Assembly (NCBI GenBank): GCA_965248535.1
Contig: CBDFJR010000002.1
Coordinates: forward strand, 2,240,001-2,304,000
Source: Phormidesmis sp.
Lineage (GTDB): Bacteria; Cyanobacteriota; Cyanobacteriia; Leptolyngbyales; Leptolyngbyaceae
Reading direction: 5' to 3'
Length of the DNA stretch: 64,000 nt
Every line of letters starts with the position of its first letter. Within the stretch, counting starts at the first letter, position 1. Below, piece after piece: positions 63,362-64,000 of the stretch. A program made the translations under genes and the position numbers. The notes under the pieces are model-generated. The model worked only from the letters and a program-made list of their open reading frames with translations. It made no database searches and was not told where the DNA came from.

Positions 63362-64000
63362 ATGCTAATTCTGGAGTTCAAGGTTAAAGGAAAAGCTCAA
63401 CAATACGAAGCAATTGACGAGGCGATTCGCACCGTTCAGTTTGTCCGTAACAAGTGCCTTCGGTACTGGATAGACAACCGGGGGGCGACTAAATTCGACC
63501 TCAACAAATATTGCGCTGTATTGGCAAAAGAGTTTGACTTTGCCAAAGAACTCAACTCTCAAGCGCGACAATCTGCGGCTGAGAGGGCCTGGTTAGCAAT
63601 CTCAAGATTCTTCGATAACTGCAAAAAGAAAGTTGCAGGCAAGAAAGGCTATCCCAAGTTTCAGAAAAATAATCGGTCGGTTGAATACAAAACAACGGGC
63701 TGGTCACTCTCTGAAGACCGCAAGCACATCACTTTTACCGATAAGAAGAATATCGGACGGGTGAAGCTGCTAGGGACGCGGGATCTCAACTTCTATCCGC
63801 TTGACCAGATCAAGCGGGTGAGACTGGTTAAACGCGCTGACGGCTATTCCTGCCAGATTGTCGTTTCAGTCGATAGAGAAGAGATTTTAGAGCCGTCCGG
63901 TCAAGCGGTTGGGCTAGATGTTGGGCTGAATTCTTTCTATACCGATTCTGAAGGCGCACAGGTTGAAAATCCTCGCTTTTACCGCGTGGGTGAAGCGAAA
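63362..64000 (+). CDS. tnpB: TnpB, 5' part (runs off the window)
   Basis: Manual translation MLILEFKVKGK...QIKRVRLVKRADG...GLDVGL...ENPRF; clear paralog of 12185-13399. Confidence 0.92.
   Translation, partial: MLILEFKVKGKAQQYEAIDEAIRTVQFVRNKCLRYWIDNRGATKFDLNKYCAVLAKEFDFAKELNSQARQSAAERAWLAISRFFDNCKKKVAGKKGYPKFQKNNRSVEYKTTGWSLSEDRKHITFTDKKNIGRVKLLGTRDLNFYPLDQIKRVRLVKRADGYSCQIVVSVDREEILEPSGQAVGLDVGLNSFYTDSEGAQVENPRFYRVGEAK

Larger units (their letters stand above)
62831..64000. mobile_element. IS200/IS605-family element with divergent tnpA and tnpB (truncated by window end)
   Basis: Left-end palindrome gagaaccc...gggttctc at 62831-62883, tnpA, tnpB. Confidence 0.9.

Noticed and set aside
216..63571. 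Numerous short antisense or nested ORFs in the track (e.g. 216-509, 3131-3667, 47548-48153, 63365-63571)
   Set aside because: They are shadows of well-supported genes and have no recognisable motifs
1..64000. Abundant GCGATCGC as a novel repeat
   Set aside because: It is the well-known cyanobacterial HIP1 octamer

Overview
Chromosomal window from a cyanobacterium: the HIP1 octamer GCGATCGC is very frequent, and crtO, a CTDH gene, an NtcA-type promoter and a ManR-type box are present. It carries mostly metabolic and regulatory genes: nrtP with a CLC-family gene, peroxiredoxins, a DEAD-box helicase, glgP, an aminotransferase, Rrf2-cbiB-ggt, queG, dnaJ, mntH, crtO, GH76, two glycosyltransferases, a ~13 kb two-component cluster and a CheB/CheR-kinase fusion. 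Accessory elements are two related IS200/IS605 elements (one tnpB-only, one tnpA+tnpB cut by the window edge), a VapBC-type pair, REP-like palindromes, a dispersed repeat and several frameshifted genes. The best candidates for undescribed biology are: (1) an AT-rich two-gene island pairing a C-terminal J-domain protein with an ORF6N-like/HNH nuclease (23.5-25.2 kb); (2) an orphan one-module C-A-T-TE NRPS with a cysteine-like pocket; (3) a CLC gene apparently co-transcribed with nrtP from an NtcA-type promoter; (4) two candidate sRNAs; (5) an HTH-like protein with a histone H1-like tail. All calls come from reading motifs by eye; no searches were run.
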